Below, piece by piece: positions 38,947 to 48,530 of a DNA stretch of 64,000 nt. The position numbers and the translations under genes are program-made. Numbering within the stretch: the first letter of the stretch is position 1; each line of letters opens with the position of its first letter. Below the pieces are notes generated by a model. It was not told where the DNA came from, did no database searches, and worked only from the letters and a program-made list of their open reading frames with translations. This DNA is from an uncultured delta proteobacterium (GTDB lineage: Bacteria; Myxococcota_A; Polyangia; Polyangiales; Polyangiaceae): the NCBI GenBank assembly GCA_963716725.1, contig CAVQUB010000012.1:160001-224000 (forward strand), given 5' to 3'.

Positions 38947-40560
38947 GTGGCGCAACGCAAGGTCTTGATTCTGGGTGGCGGGCTCTCGGCGCTCTCTGCG
39001 GGCGTTCACCTGTTGCAGGAGGGCGGAGGCAGCTCCTTCGACGTGACCGTCTTGTGCATGGAGCACCGCCTCGGCGGCAAGGCAGCGAGCTGGCGCCTGC
39101 CCGACGGGCGCTACATGGAGATCGGATTCCACGGCGTGTTCGGCTACTACCGCGCGATCCAGACCTTGCTCGCCCGCGCGGGTCGTCCGGTGACCGATCC
39201 GCGCTGGTTCACGCCGAACGAAGGCGTGCACCTGATGTACGAACCCGGCGCCCGCGCGGTCAATCGGCTCGACATCCCGTCGGGTCCTCTCGACGTGGCC
39301 GCCCTCTTCGACAGCGGCTTCGTCGGCTATCAGGGCATGGGCTTCACCGAGAAGCTGGCCGCTGCGCGCTGGATGGCCAAGACCGGGGCGAAGCTCTTGC
39401 TGGGCGATGTGCCGCCGGCCATCGACGAGCACTCGTTCACCGCTTGGTGCGTGGACAGCGGTCTCGACATCGAGCTGACCAAGAAGAGCTGGTTCAAGTA
39501 CGTGCTCGATCTCGCCTTCAACTTTCCAGCGGAGGGATCGGCCTACGTCGGCATGTACGGCTTTCAGCGTTTGATGGGCACCGAGAGCTCCATCGTGCAC
39601 TATCTGAACGGCCCGCTCAGCGAGGTCATTGTCGCGCCCATCGCTCAGCTCTTCGTGTCCCTCGGCGGCAAGATCGAGTTCTGCACCAAGGCCACGCGCA
39701 TCGAACTCGATCCCGCTTCGCACCTCGTGACCGAGATCGGCACCCGGGCCATGGCCACGGCGCAGCCCATCGCCGGGGTCGTCGATCACGTGACGCCGGT
39801 GGCGGTCGGTGGCAGCTACTCCCTCGACGAAAACCCCTACCCAGTCGGGGATCCGGCGCCTGCCTCCGGGGTGAGCGAGCGCACCTGGCGACGTGGCACC
39901 GACTTCGACGAGGTCATCTCGACGCTGCCCGTCGACAGTCTGACCGCGCTCCTGCGCACCACGTCGCGCTTCGACGAGGCGGTGCTCGACGTGCCGCAGC
40001 TCCGGAGCATCTGGGCATTGCGCAGCGTCGCATCGATCTCGCTTCGGGTGTGGCTGCCACGAAAGGTGATGCCCAGCGACTTCACGACGGTCGTGATGGG
40101 CACGCCGCAACCCTGCGCGACGCTCATCGACTACACCAACCGCGTCACCGAGCTCACCAACAGCGCTTGGGGTTCGGTCGTCGAGTTCGAGGGGCAGGAA
40201 GGCCTGCACAGCGACCTCGCGGATGGCCGGATCGTGCGCGAGACCCTGGAGAGCTTCGTCGACCTGCCCTTCGTGGACAAGAGCAAGATCGACATCGATC
40301 AGGTGATGGCGCAGACCCACGGCAACCAGTGGCTGTTTCGCCGCAACACCGCCCAGCACCTGCGCTACCTGTTGATGCAGCCCGGGCACTGGAAGTTCCG
40401 GCCGCGCCAGGACGAGCGGCCCTACGCGAACCTCAGCCTCAGCGGCGACTGGATGGCTGGCACTCAGCCCACCGCCAGCATGGAGGCCGCGGTGCGGACG
40501 GGGCGGGTCGCGGCCACACTGCTGCGGGCCGATGCGGGGCTGCCTGCGCCGGTGGCTTGA
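38947..40560 (+). CDS. FAD-dependent oxidoreductase, carotene-desaturase/HpnE-like superfamily
   Basis: ILGGGLSALSA, LGGKAASW, EIGFHGVFGYY, GDW...SMEAAVRTG. Confidence 0.85.
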   Translation: MAQRKVLILGGGLSALSAGVHLLQEGGGSSFDVTVLCMEHRLGGKAASWRLPDGRYMEIGFHGVFGYYRAIQTLLARAGRPVTDPRWFTPNEGVHLMYEPGARAVNRLDIPSGPLDVAALFDSGFVGYQGMGFTEKLAAARWMAKTGAKLLLGDVPPAIDEHSFTAWCVDSGLDIELTKKSWFKYVLDLAFNFPAEGSAYVGMYGFQRLMGTESSIVHYLNGPLSEVIVAPIAQLFVSLGGKIEFCTKATRIELDPASHLVTEIGTRAMATAQPIAGVVDHVTPVAVGGSYSLDENPYPVGDPAPASGVSERTWRRGTDFDEVISTLPVDSLTALLRTTSRFDEAVLDVPQLRSIWALRSVASISLRVWLPRKVMPSDFTTVVMGTPQPCATLIDYTNRVTELTNSAWGSVVEFEGQEGLHSDLADGRIVRETLESFVDLPFVDKSKIDIDQVMAQTHGNQWLFRRNTAQHLRYLLMQPGHWKFRPRQDERPYANLSLSGDWMAGTQPTASMEAAVRTGRVAATLLRADAGLPAPVA

Positions 40561-40561
40561 G

Positions 40562-41125
40562 CTAGCGCTTCAGCCAACCCACTCTGAAGCGCCAGCGAGT
40601 GGGACTCACGCGTTCGGCGCTGGTGCGGTAGGGCGTGCGTCCGAGCATGGCGATGATGGTGTCGCTCCAGCCCGAGATGAGCGTGGGGACCCCGGTCGGC
40701 AGATCCGGATCTTCGAGCTCGCCGATCAGATGATCGTCGTGCTCCTCGACCACCGTGAAGCTGCCGACGGTGGTCTGTCGCGACCACACGCTGGCCGCTC
40801 GATTGAAGACCAGGGCGGGCGTCGCGAACTTGAGGAACACGCGGTAGATGACGTGGATTTGGTAGCGCGCGGCCATGCTGCCGAGCTCGCGCAGCTCGTC
40901 TTCGGAGCCATCTACGGCCGTGCAGAAAGCGCTCATCAACTGATGCAGGTGACGGCGCGGGTACCACGAGCTCGCGTAGACCTCGCTCCGGAAGAACGCC
41001 CGTGCGTCGTCGGGCATGGCCTCCTCGACCCGCCGCCAGAGCTCGCTCTTCTCGCGTTGCAGCGGGGCGACGTAGGACAAGAGCGCGTAGCCCTTGACCT
41101 CACCGGAGTGTGCGTCGGCGCCCAT
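40562..41125 (-). CDS. Myxobacterial hypothetical protein (DUF2378/H-NOX-V4R-like)
   Basis: EVKG start, SSWYP, IYRVFLKFATP, GW pattern recalled from this family. Confidence 0.6.
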   Translation of the reverse strand: MGADAHSGEVKGYALLSYVAPLQREKSELWRRVEEAMPDDARAFFRSEVYASSWYPRRHLHQLMSAFCTAVDGSEDELRELGSMAARYQIHVIYRVFLKFATPALVFNRAASVWSRQTTVGSFTVVEEHDDHLIGELEDPDLPTGVPTLISGWSDTIIAMLGRTPYRTSAERVSPTRWRFRVGWLKR

Positions 41126-41127
41126 GG

Positions 41128-42011
41128 TCACCCGGTGGGCTGCGGGCCGTCGTCGGTCCAGCGGTAGAAACCCGAACCCCACCTTCTTGCCCGAGTCGCC
41201 CCGCGCGCACCATCTGGCGCAAGATGGTCGGCGGTCGGAACTGCTCACCGAGCTCGCGGTGCAGGTGCTCGAGGATCGCGAGTCGCACGTCGAGCCCGAC
41301 CAGATCGGTCAGCTTCAGCGGACCCATCGGGTGCCGGTAGCCGAGCTCCATCGCGCGGTCGATGTCCTGGGCGCTGGCCACCCCCGTCTCGAGCATGCGC
41401 ATGGCTTCGGCACCCAGGATGACCCCGAGCCGGCTCGAGGCGAAGCCGGGGAAGTCGCGCACGACGATCGGATCCTTGCCGAGCCGTACGGCGAGCTCGA
41501 GGGCGCGATCGATCCACGGCATCGCAGGTGCCGAGCCCGCGCACGATCTCGAGCAGCGGCATCACCGGCGGAGGGTTGAAGAAGTGCAGGCCGACGACGC
41601 GCTCCGGCGCTCCCGAGCGCTGACCGATCTCCGTGATGGACAAGCTCGATGTGTTCGAGCCCAGCAGCGCGTGCGCGGCGAAGCCTCGCGCGCTTCGCTG
41701 AACAGCTTCACCTTCAGGTCCATGAGCTCGGGCGCTGCCTCGATCACGACGTCGACGTCGGCGCAAGCCGCGCCGAGGTCGCTGGCGGGCCGGAGCCGTG
41801 CCAGCGCTCTGCTCTGCTCGGCTCCAGTGAGCTTGCCCTTCGACACCAAGCGCTCGAGCTGCTTCGTCACGTCGCTCACGGCGCGCTCGACCTGGGCCGG
41901 CGCCGCGTCGAACAGCCGCACCTCGATGCCGCGCTGCGCTGCGAGCTGCGCGATGCCGCGCCCCATGGTGCCGGCGCCGACGACAAGGGCGATGGAGATA
42001 GGCTCGGCCAT
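41128..42011 (-). CDS. 3-hydroxyacyl-CoA dehydrogenase (Hbd/PaaH-like), broken by about 4 single-base indels
   Basis: VVGAGTMGRGIA, VIEAAPE, SNTSSL, GLHFFNPP, PGF..SRL, HPMGPL..DLVGLD, GRLGKK.G.GFY spread over successive frames (shifts near 41685, 41520, 41190, 41170). Confidence 0.85.
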
Positions 42012-42018
42012 GGCTCGG

Positions 42019-42730
42019 TCAGGGCGCGTAGGCGCGCCCGGCGAGCTCCTCGCCACAGGTCACGCACTTCTGAGGCGTATGCTCCCGATGGTAGACCTGG
42101 GCGCAGTTCGGGCAGAGACGGGCGTCTCGCTCGAAAGAGATCGCGTTGTCGGTGGCCGCGCAGTGCGCGCCCCGCGATCTGAAGGCTCTCGACCGGGACG
42201 AGAGCCCCGTCCGAGTCCTTGGGCTCGGGCAACCCGTCCGAGTCGCGCCCCTTCACGTCCATGGCGTCGGGGACCCGCAGCACGGCCTCCTTCAGAATCC
42301 ACGCGACGGCCTGGGGATGGAGCCCGAGCGACATCGAGAGGGTGGCGTCCTCGCTCTCCAGCAGCAGTTGCTTGCCCTCGATGGCGATGCGCGTGAGATC
42401 GCACCAGGCGATTCGGGTGAACTCGCGACCCATGCTCCACCGCTACGCCCACGGCGCCGACTCGGATTGGGTCGCCACTGACGTCGCTGAACCAGAGCGC
42501 TGCGCCCAGCGTGAGCGCCCCGCCGGCCACGAGGTACTGCGCCCAGGGCAAGGGCGGCGCGCGGACCCACTGGCCGTAGACGCCGGCGCCGAGGGCGAGC
42601 GCGCCGGCCATGCCAGCGACGCTCGACGGACGCGAGGTCCGGGTCGTGGCGCAGCAGCGAACCGGCGCTCCTTGCGCGAGACGGGCTCTGGCTTCGCGGT
42701 CTTCTTCTTGGCCTTCTTCTTGTCGGCCAT
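42019..42730 (-). CDS. Two-TM membrane protein with C-terminal Cys/His zinc finger, broken by about 3 indels
   Basis: Stitched from ORFs 42443..42730, 42060..42779 and 41876..42433 plus a final frame CAATDNAISFERDARLCPNCAQVYHREHTPQKCVTCG. Confidence 0.6.
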
Positions 42731-42989
42731 CGGTACGGGGCGCGGAGCCTAGTTCATGCCCGGCAGAGAAGTAAAGCATCCTCGGCAGGGGTTGCCAAGA
42801 CCCCGGTCCGGCCCAAAACTAGGGAGCCGTGTCGTCCGTGCTCTTTCCGCTGGGCTGTTCGTGCTTCGTACTTTCGGGATTCAGCTGTGGCTGCTGCCCC
42901 GGCTCGGGGTCAGACACCTGAATGGTTCCGAATCCGCGTCGGTCGACGCGCAAGCACGAATCCGAGGGCTGTGAGACCATGAAGCGCTA

Positions 42990-44312
42990 GTGCGCCCGAG
43001 CCGCCTCCTCTTGCTTGCTCTGCCGCTCGCGACGGTGGCGGTCATCGTGTTTGCGATCTTCGTGGCCGGCGGACCCCGCGCCTACCACGGCGTTCGGGTG
43101 TTCGGTGGTCCCACTGAGGGGGCGTCACGCCTCTCGCTGAGGCTCTCCGCGGTCGAGCGCTTCATGGAAATCGAAGCGCCGTCTCGCGGCGGAGAGATCA
43201 CCGTCGAGGCCCGCTTTGGCGACGGGCGAAGCACGACTGCGCGCGCGACTCCCGACGAGATGGGCAACGCCAGTGTGGTTTTGGAGACGGGCAGCACGGT
43301 ACGCGGGCCGGTGGCCCTGACCGCGACCAGCTCGCTGGGAGTGCTCGCGAAGGGCTCGCTCTCGCTGGCGCCCGAGCAGTGGGCGGCGCGCGCCCGCGAG
43401 CAAGGTGGATGGCTGCGCGGGCGACAGGCTGGGGCGCTGACGATCCGCGCGGCGCCGACCCGCGGCGCGTTTGCGATCCCGTTTCCAGATCAGCTGCGAG
43501 TCGAGATCGAGCGGGCCGGCGGACCGGTGGTCGGTGCGCGGATCAGCGTCGAGGTCGAGGGCGCGACCGTGGTTGGAAACCCGGCTCCCACCGACGCCCG
43601 GGGACGCTCGACCCTCACGCTGGCGCCCATCGATCACATCGTTTCCCTGACGCTCACGGCGATGACGGAGGCCGGCGAGAAGGGCACGTTCACCGGCTTC
43701 GTGCCCATCTCGGTGGGCGCGCTGCGCGCAGCGGAGCAAGACGGCCAGCTGCGCGTCGAGTCCGCCGTCGAGCGCGACGTCAGCTACTTCGCCGTCATCA
43801 GCGCGAGCGAGCGGCTCGCAGGCGGTGTGGTCGCCATGAGCCCCAACGGGCGTGGTGGCTCCGTGGGTCTCGCGCCGCTGCCGCCGCTCCCCCCGGTGCC
43901 GCTGTGGGCCGTCGTCTCCGGGGAGCCCGAGCTCGACTCGGCCTCGACGGTGGGGTGGCCGCTCCGCGAGCCCGCCGAGGGCGAAATGGCTCGGACCCGC
44001 GCGGTGCCTGACCAACTCCTGCTCGACGGGCTGACCCTCGGCTTTGGCGCCGAGACCGCGCGCCGGCAGAAGGCTCGCTGGGTGGCGTTGGGATTCACGC
44101 TGCTCGCAGCGCTGCTCGCGGCTGCTCTCCTGGTGCGCGAAGGCCAGCGCTCCGCGAGCGAGCTCGATCGACATCTCTTGGCGGCAGGCGCCGATCCCGT
44201 CGAGCGACGAGAGCAGGCGAAGGAGCGCTGGCTCGGGCTCGTCGTCGCGGTCCTCTGCGTGGCCATGGGGTTCTCGGTGCTGCTACTCGTCGCGCTGTAT
44301 CGAATGGGATAG
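42990..44312 (+). CDS. Hypothetical membrane protein with extracytoplasmic beta-sandwich regions
   Basis: N-terminal TM, beta-rich middle, two C-terminal TMs. Confidence 0.75.
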   Translation: MRPSRLLLLALPLATVAVIVFAIFVAGGPRAYHGVRVFGGPTEGASRLSLRLSAVERFMEIEAPSRGGEITVEARFGDGRSTTARATPDEMGNASVVLETGSTVRGPVALTATSSLGVLAKGSLSLAPEQWAARAREQGGWLRGRQAGALTIRAAPTRGAFAIPFPDQLRVEIERAGGPVVGARISVEVEGATVVGNPAPTDARGRSTLTLAPIDHIVSLTLTAMTEAGEKGTFTGFVPISVGALRAAEQDGQLRVESAVERDVSYFAVISASERLAGGVVAMSPNGRGGSVGLAPLPPLPPVPLWAVVSGEPELDSASTVGWPLREPAEGEMARTRAVPDQLLLDGLTLGFGAETARRQKARWVALGFTLLAALLAAALLVREGQRSASELDRHLLAAGADPVERREQAKERWLGLVVAVLCVAMGFSVLLLVALYRMG

Positions 44313-44323
44313 CCTGCTCGCCC

Positions 44324-45347
44324 GTGCGGACCATCCTCGTTCTTCTGCTCACCAGCGCGCTGGCGGCCTGCGCTGCCGGTGGCGCAGGCCCCGCCACCGC
44401 GGCTCCACGCAAGAAGCCCGCACCGCAGCCCGCGTCGGTCGTGCGCAACCCCGCACCGCTGGCCCTCGGCGAGCACAACGTCGACCGCGTGAAAAAGGTC
44501 TGGGAAGCGGCCGCGGGCGGCTACGGTCGGGCGGTCGCGTTGAGCCGCTCCCTCGGCCGCGTCGCCTTTGCAAACAAAGAGGGCGTGGAGCTGTTCGAGC
44601 TCGCCAGCGGAAAATCGGCGGGGCGCGTCCAGCGCTGTCGCGATGTGGTGCGCGGTGGGCTCGCCTTCCACGGCACGGATCTGATCATCGTCTGCGAGAA
44701 GTCGGTGGTGCGAGTGAACGCACATCGGCGCACGGATTCGCCGGACCTCGCGGTGAATGCCGCACCCGTCACGGCGGCGACCTTCGTTGGCTCGCGCATG
44801 GCGCTCGGGCACCGCGACGGCGTGATCCGCGTCTACGCACTCGACGGAGGAGCCACCACCGAGGTGCGGGTTCCGGGGCCCCCCATCGATGTCAAGAGTC
44901 TTTCACTGACGCGCGACGGCTCACGCTTGGCCGTGGCCTGGGTTCAGGGCTCGATCTGGTGGTGGGATTCTGGCGAAGCCCGACGCATTTCACGACCTCG
45001 TCCGCCACGAGCAAGAGTCCGACGCGCTGGCGTTCAGCGGCGACGGTGCGCTCCTGGCCGAAGAGGGCGCTCCCAACGCCATCACGCTCTGGCAGCTTGG
45101 GGCCGCGCCCAGCGCGAAGGCGAAGGTCAAGCACGGCAGCTGGGTGAAACGCATCCTGTTCACCAGCGACGGCAAGTGGCTGGTGCGCGCCGGCTCCGCG
45201 GGCCTCGAGCTGGCCGAGATCGGGGGCCCCAAGCGCGTCGCCCTCGACACCCGTGATCCGGTGGAGGACGCGGCCTTCGACGAAAACTCGGCCGCCCTCG
45301 GCGCCGTCGACCGCCAGGGGCGCCTGACAGTTTGGGTAGTGCGCTGA
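44324..45347 (+). CDS. WD40-like beta-propeller lipoprotein, extra base near 44976
   Basis: Lipobox LAAC; GHRDGVIRVY, LTRDGSRLAV, LAFSGDGALLA, FTSDGKWL, GRLTVW; continuity restored by removing one base. Confidence 0.75.
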
Positions 45348-45433
45348 AGATCTTTTCGGGGAGCCGGCCGTTCAATGGAGACATGGGCACCCTGAGTTCG
45401 GAGCCCGACGACCAAAGCCCGGAGAAAAAGGCC

Positions 45434-46285
45434 ATGAATCGCCGACGTTTGCGCATGTTCGTCGCCGCGCTGGCGACCGTGGCTCTGCTGCTTGGGGTTG
45501 CAGCGGCCGCGGCCCAGAGCCGGGTCTGGCGCCGACCCCCACCCCCCCGGCCGCAGTTCTCCGTCGCGGTCGAAGATGGCGGTGGCAACCCGCTCAGGAC
45601 CTACAGCCATCGCGGCACCACCTGGGTCCTGGGCGAAGAAGGGGAGCGCTACGTCGTCGTCGTGCGCAACCCCTCGCCCGAGCGCGTCGAGGCCGTCGTC
45701 AGCGTCGATGGGCGCGACGTCTTGAGCGGGCGAGCCGCCGATTTCCGAAAGCATCGCGGCTACATCGTGCCGGCCTACGGCAGCGTTCGCATCGAAGGCT
45801 TCCGCCAGAGCCTCGATTCGGTGGCGACGTTCCGCTTCACGGACCCTTCGAACAGCTACTCGTCGCGCATGGGCACGCCGCAAAACGTGGGCGTGATCGG
45901 CGTCGCGGTGTTCCGCGAGAACGTGCGCGAGCAGGCCTTCGTGCCCGACGACGACTGGGGTTTCGACCGCCGTGGCCGCCGGCATCGCCCGGCGCCACCC
46001 AAGGCGTCGCGACCGAGCGGGGCCGCCCCGCGCGCCGAAGCGCGAGACAGCGACAGCAGCATCGGGACCGAGTACGGCGAGTCGCGCTCCAGCCGCGTGA
46101 TGCAGACCTTCTTCGAGCGCGCGACCTCGACGCCCGCCCGCGTCCTGACGCTCCGCTACGACGACGCCGAGGGGCTCCAGGCACGCGGCATCGAGGTGTT
46201 CGGGCGGCACTTCCGTCGCGTCCCGCCCCCCCGCCCCTTCCCCCAGGCCTTCGTCAACGAGCAGTTCGCACCGCCGCCTCCTTGA
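45434..46285 (+). CDS. Secreted conserved hypothetical protein
   Basis: Signal peptide; GERY.V.VRN, VSVDG.DV, V.IEGFR, GVIGVAVFRE pattern. Confidence 0.8.
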   Translation: MNRRRLRMFVAALATVALLLGVAAAAAQSRVWRRPPPPRPQFSVAVEDGGGNPLRTYSHRGTTWVLGEEGERYVVVVRNPSPERVEAVVSVDGRDVLSGRAADFRKHRGYIVPAYGSVRIEGFRQSLDSVATFRFTDPSNSYSSRMGTPQNVGVIGVAVFRENVREQAFVPDDDWGFDRRGRRHRPAPPKASRPSGAAPRAEARDSDSSIGTEYGESRSSRVMQTFFERATSTPARVLTLRYDDAEGLQARGIEVFGRHFRRVPPPRPFPQAFVNEQFAPPPP

Positions 46286-46291
46286 CTGAAC

Positions 46292-47338
46292 TCACGGGCA
46301 GCTGAGGCGCCAGGCGTCCAGATCCCACGTCTTGATCAGCGTGGAGAAGCCCGCGATACTGCTCATGCCGCAGACGGAGCTCTTCTTCGCCGCGCCTTGG
46401 CTCGATTTGTCCACGTATTCGACGTGAAATACCGCCTTGTTCGCCTTGATGAAGGGAGCGAGCGTCGTGCACTCTGAGTACGACAGACACTCTTCGTTCA
46501 ACGCCCAGTCGAAGTGCGGCAGGAGGTCTGTCACGAGCTCGACGCTGTTCTTGAGGCCGACTGACAGACCGCGCGAGTGGGACTCGCTCGCCAGGAACTT
46601 GTTGTAGTCGATCTGGTTTGCCTTAGTGAGAGGGAAGCCCGAGTCGTTGGCATACCCGTCCACGTTGTCAGGTTCGACGCCATCGCATTTCTTGCTGACC
46701 GCGAGGTCGAGGCGCTTCTGCATCACGGCGCGCACGTTCGCCGAGCGAACGTCCAGCCAGTTCTCGCCGGGCCATCCGGCCAGACCCTTACCGTAGTCAC
46801 CCGCCTTGAAGTCCTTGGCGTCCGGTCGCCAGTCCTCGCGGCTGCCAGCGCTGAAGTAGCAGACGACGGTGCGACCCTTGGCGTGAAGCGCGTCGATCAC
46901 CGACTGCTGGGCGTCGACGAGGTCGATGTCGAACATCGTCGCGTCGACCGACGTGTCGATGCTGCCGGTGAGCTGCCACTGCCAGGTGGTCCCGGGTTTT
47001 GGTTGCCAGACGGAGGTTCCGCCACCGGTGCCGCCGGTGCCACCGGTGCCGCCGCCGCCGCCGGTCGCGCCGCCGCCGCCGCCGGTCGCGCCGCCGCTGC
47101 CGCCGCCGCCGCCGCCGGTCGCGCCGCCCGTGCCGGCCGCGCCGGAGGCTCCACCCGCGCCGCCGGAGCCTGCGCCGCCCCCGGAGCCTGCGCCGCCGCC
47201 GGAGCCTGCGCCGCCGCCGGAGCCTGCGCCGCCCCCGGAGCCTGCGCCGCCCCCGGAGGTCCCGCCACCGTCCGATTCTCCGCAAGCCTGCGCGCCCATC
47301 AGCGCCAAGCCCGCCACCACCATCGCCGCGTGCCGCAT
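46292..47338 (-). CDS. Endo-alpha-1,4-polygalactosaminidase (GH114) lipoprotein with Gly tether
   Basis: TWQWQL, CYFSAGS.EDWRPD, WPGENWLD, DGVEPDNVD, GLKN, NEEC, VEY; lipobox AQAC. Confidence 0.9.
   Translation of the reverse strand: MRHAAMVVAGLALMGAQACGESDGGGTSGGGAGSGGGAGSGGGAGSGGGAGSGGGAGSGGAGGASGAAGTGGATGGGGGGSGGATGGGGGATGGGGGTGGTGGTGGGTSVWQPKPGTTWQWQLTGSIDTSVDATMFDIDLVDAQQSVIDALHAKGRTVVCYFSAGSREDWRPDAKDFKAGDYGKGLAGWPGENWLDVRSANVRAVMQKRLDLAVSKKCDGVEPDNVDGYANDSGFPLTKANQIDYNKFLASESHSRGLSVGLKNSVELVTDLLPHFDWALNEECLSYSECTTLAPFIKANKAVFHVEYVDKSSQGAAKKSSVCGMSSIAGFSTLIKTWDLDAWRLSCP
47163..47252. repeat. 18-bp tandem repeat x5 (ccggagcctgcgccgccS), encodes SGGGAG linker
   Basis: Five adjacent near-identical copies. 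Confidence 0.95.
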
Positions 47339-47367
47339 CCCGGGATCATACCGTATGCTCCTGACTG

Positions 47368-48412
47368 ATGGCACTGGATCGCGCCCTCGAGCGATATCTC
47401 GCTGTCGCGCGCGCGGAACCCTTCGACTCTGAGGTCTGCGGTCGTTCTGCCAGCGCGCTGCTCGAGGCGACGGCGGCTGCTCCGCCCGAGGTCGCGGCTC
47501 GCGCGATCTCTGGAGCTCGCAGCCGACATCGAGCGTGACGGGGAGTCGGTGGTGCTCAGCACCGTGGTGGCCGGCGCGCTGATCGAACGCGGCGTACCCG
47601 GCGACGACTTCGAGCGCGCGTTGTTCCCTCGTCTGCTGCGTTGGCTCTCCGAGAGCGTGGAGTTGCTCGACGAGTTGCTCGCCAATCGGATGCCAGCGCC
47701 GAGTCTGGAGTCCGACGACGACGTCGACGAAAACGAATGGGTCGGCATTCGGCTCAGCGAAGAACGAGCCTGGGCGCTGGTGGGTGACACCCATCTCGCG
47801 GCCATCGCGTTGCTTGGCGCCAACCCGGCCGCGCGGGGGGCGGAACGCCGGCTCTTGCCCGCGCTTCGCCGCCTGGAGCCGTATCATCCCGGCGCCGCGT
47901 GGCTGCGGCAGATGCTCGACGTGCTCGACGACGAGCCGATTGTAGTCATCGACGTAGCGGGACGCCGCGGGGCGGCCGGAACGATGAGTGGAGTGGCGAG
48001 CAACTTCGAGCTATTCGTGCTCATCGCCCACGCGGCCACCGACATCGCTCTGCCGCGGCCGCCGGACGCGGCGGTGAGCTGCCTGATGGGGCACGGCGCG
48101 CAAGACTCCGGCATCGTGGTCGAGACCGCCTTCAACGCCTACGCATACTCGGGGCTCGGTCCAGAGGTCACGCTCCCCGAGCCCGGCGACTACGGCGGAT
48201 CGGCGCACTGGATTTGGGGCGAAGGGGAGCCCTGGGAGATCCCCGCCCTCGACGGAACGCGGGTGGTCCTCCTCGGGCCGCCCTCCTACGCCCGGCTCGT
48301 GCCGGCGCAGCGGACCTTCGCCTCACTGCGGGCCTGCCTCGCGCTCGAGGCGCTCTCCCCCGAGCAGGTCGAGACCTGGCTCGCGCGTGTGGTCCGGGCC
48401 AACGCCAACTGA
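47368..48412 (+). CDS. Conserved hypothetical protein, extra base near 47507
   Basis: MALDRALERYLAVARAEPFD... frame joins ORF 47549..48412; C-terminal WIWGEGEPWEIP.LDG.RVVLL motif. Confidence 0.65.
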
Positions 48413-48439
48413 GGGGCCGCGCGGCAAATTGCGCCTCAA

Positions 48440-48456
48440 TGTGCCCAGATCGCACA
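48440..48456. promoter_or_regulatory. Inverted repeat TGTGC-N7-GCACA, possible operator
   Basis: Palindrome in an AT-richer intergenic region about 75 nt upstream of the ATG at 48531. Confidence 0.3.
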
Positions 48457-48530
48457 ACATTTTCGTGTGGGTTGCTTCCCGGACAGCCCCCGCGTAGCCA
48501 TGCGCGGTTTCCCCTTAGAGGAGGATTGAG

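Noticed and set aside
42819..42980. 30-aa Cys-rich ORF (42829-42921, +) and 53-aa antisense ORF (42819-42980, -) in a divergent intergenic region
   Set aside because: Poor RBS spacing, atypical codon use, mutually overlapping, and no RiPP enzymes nearby.
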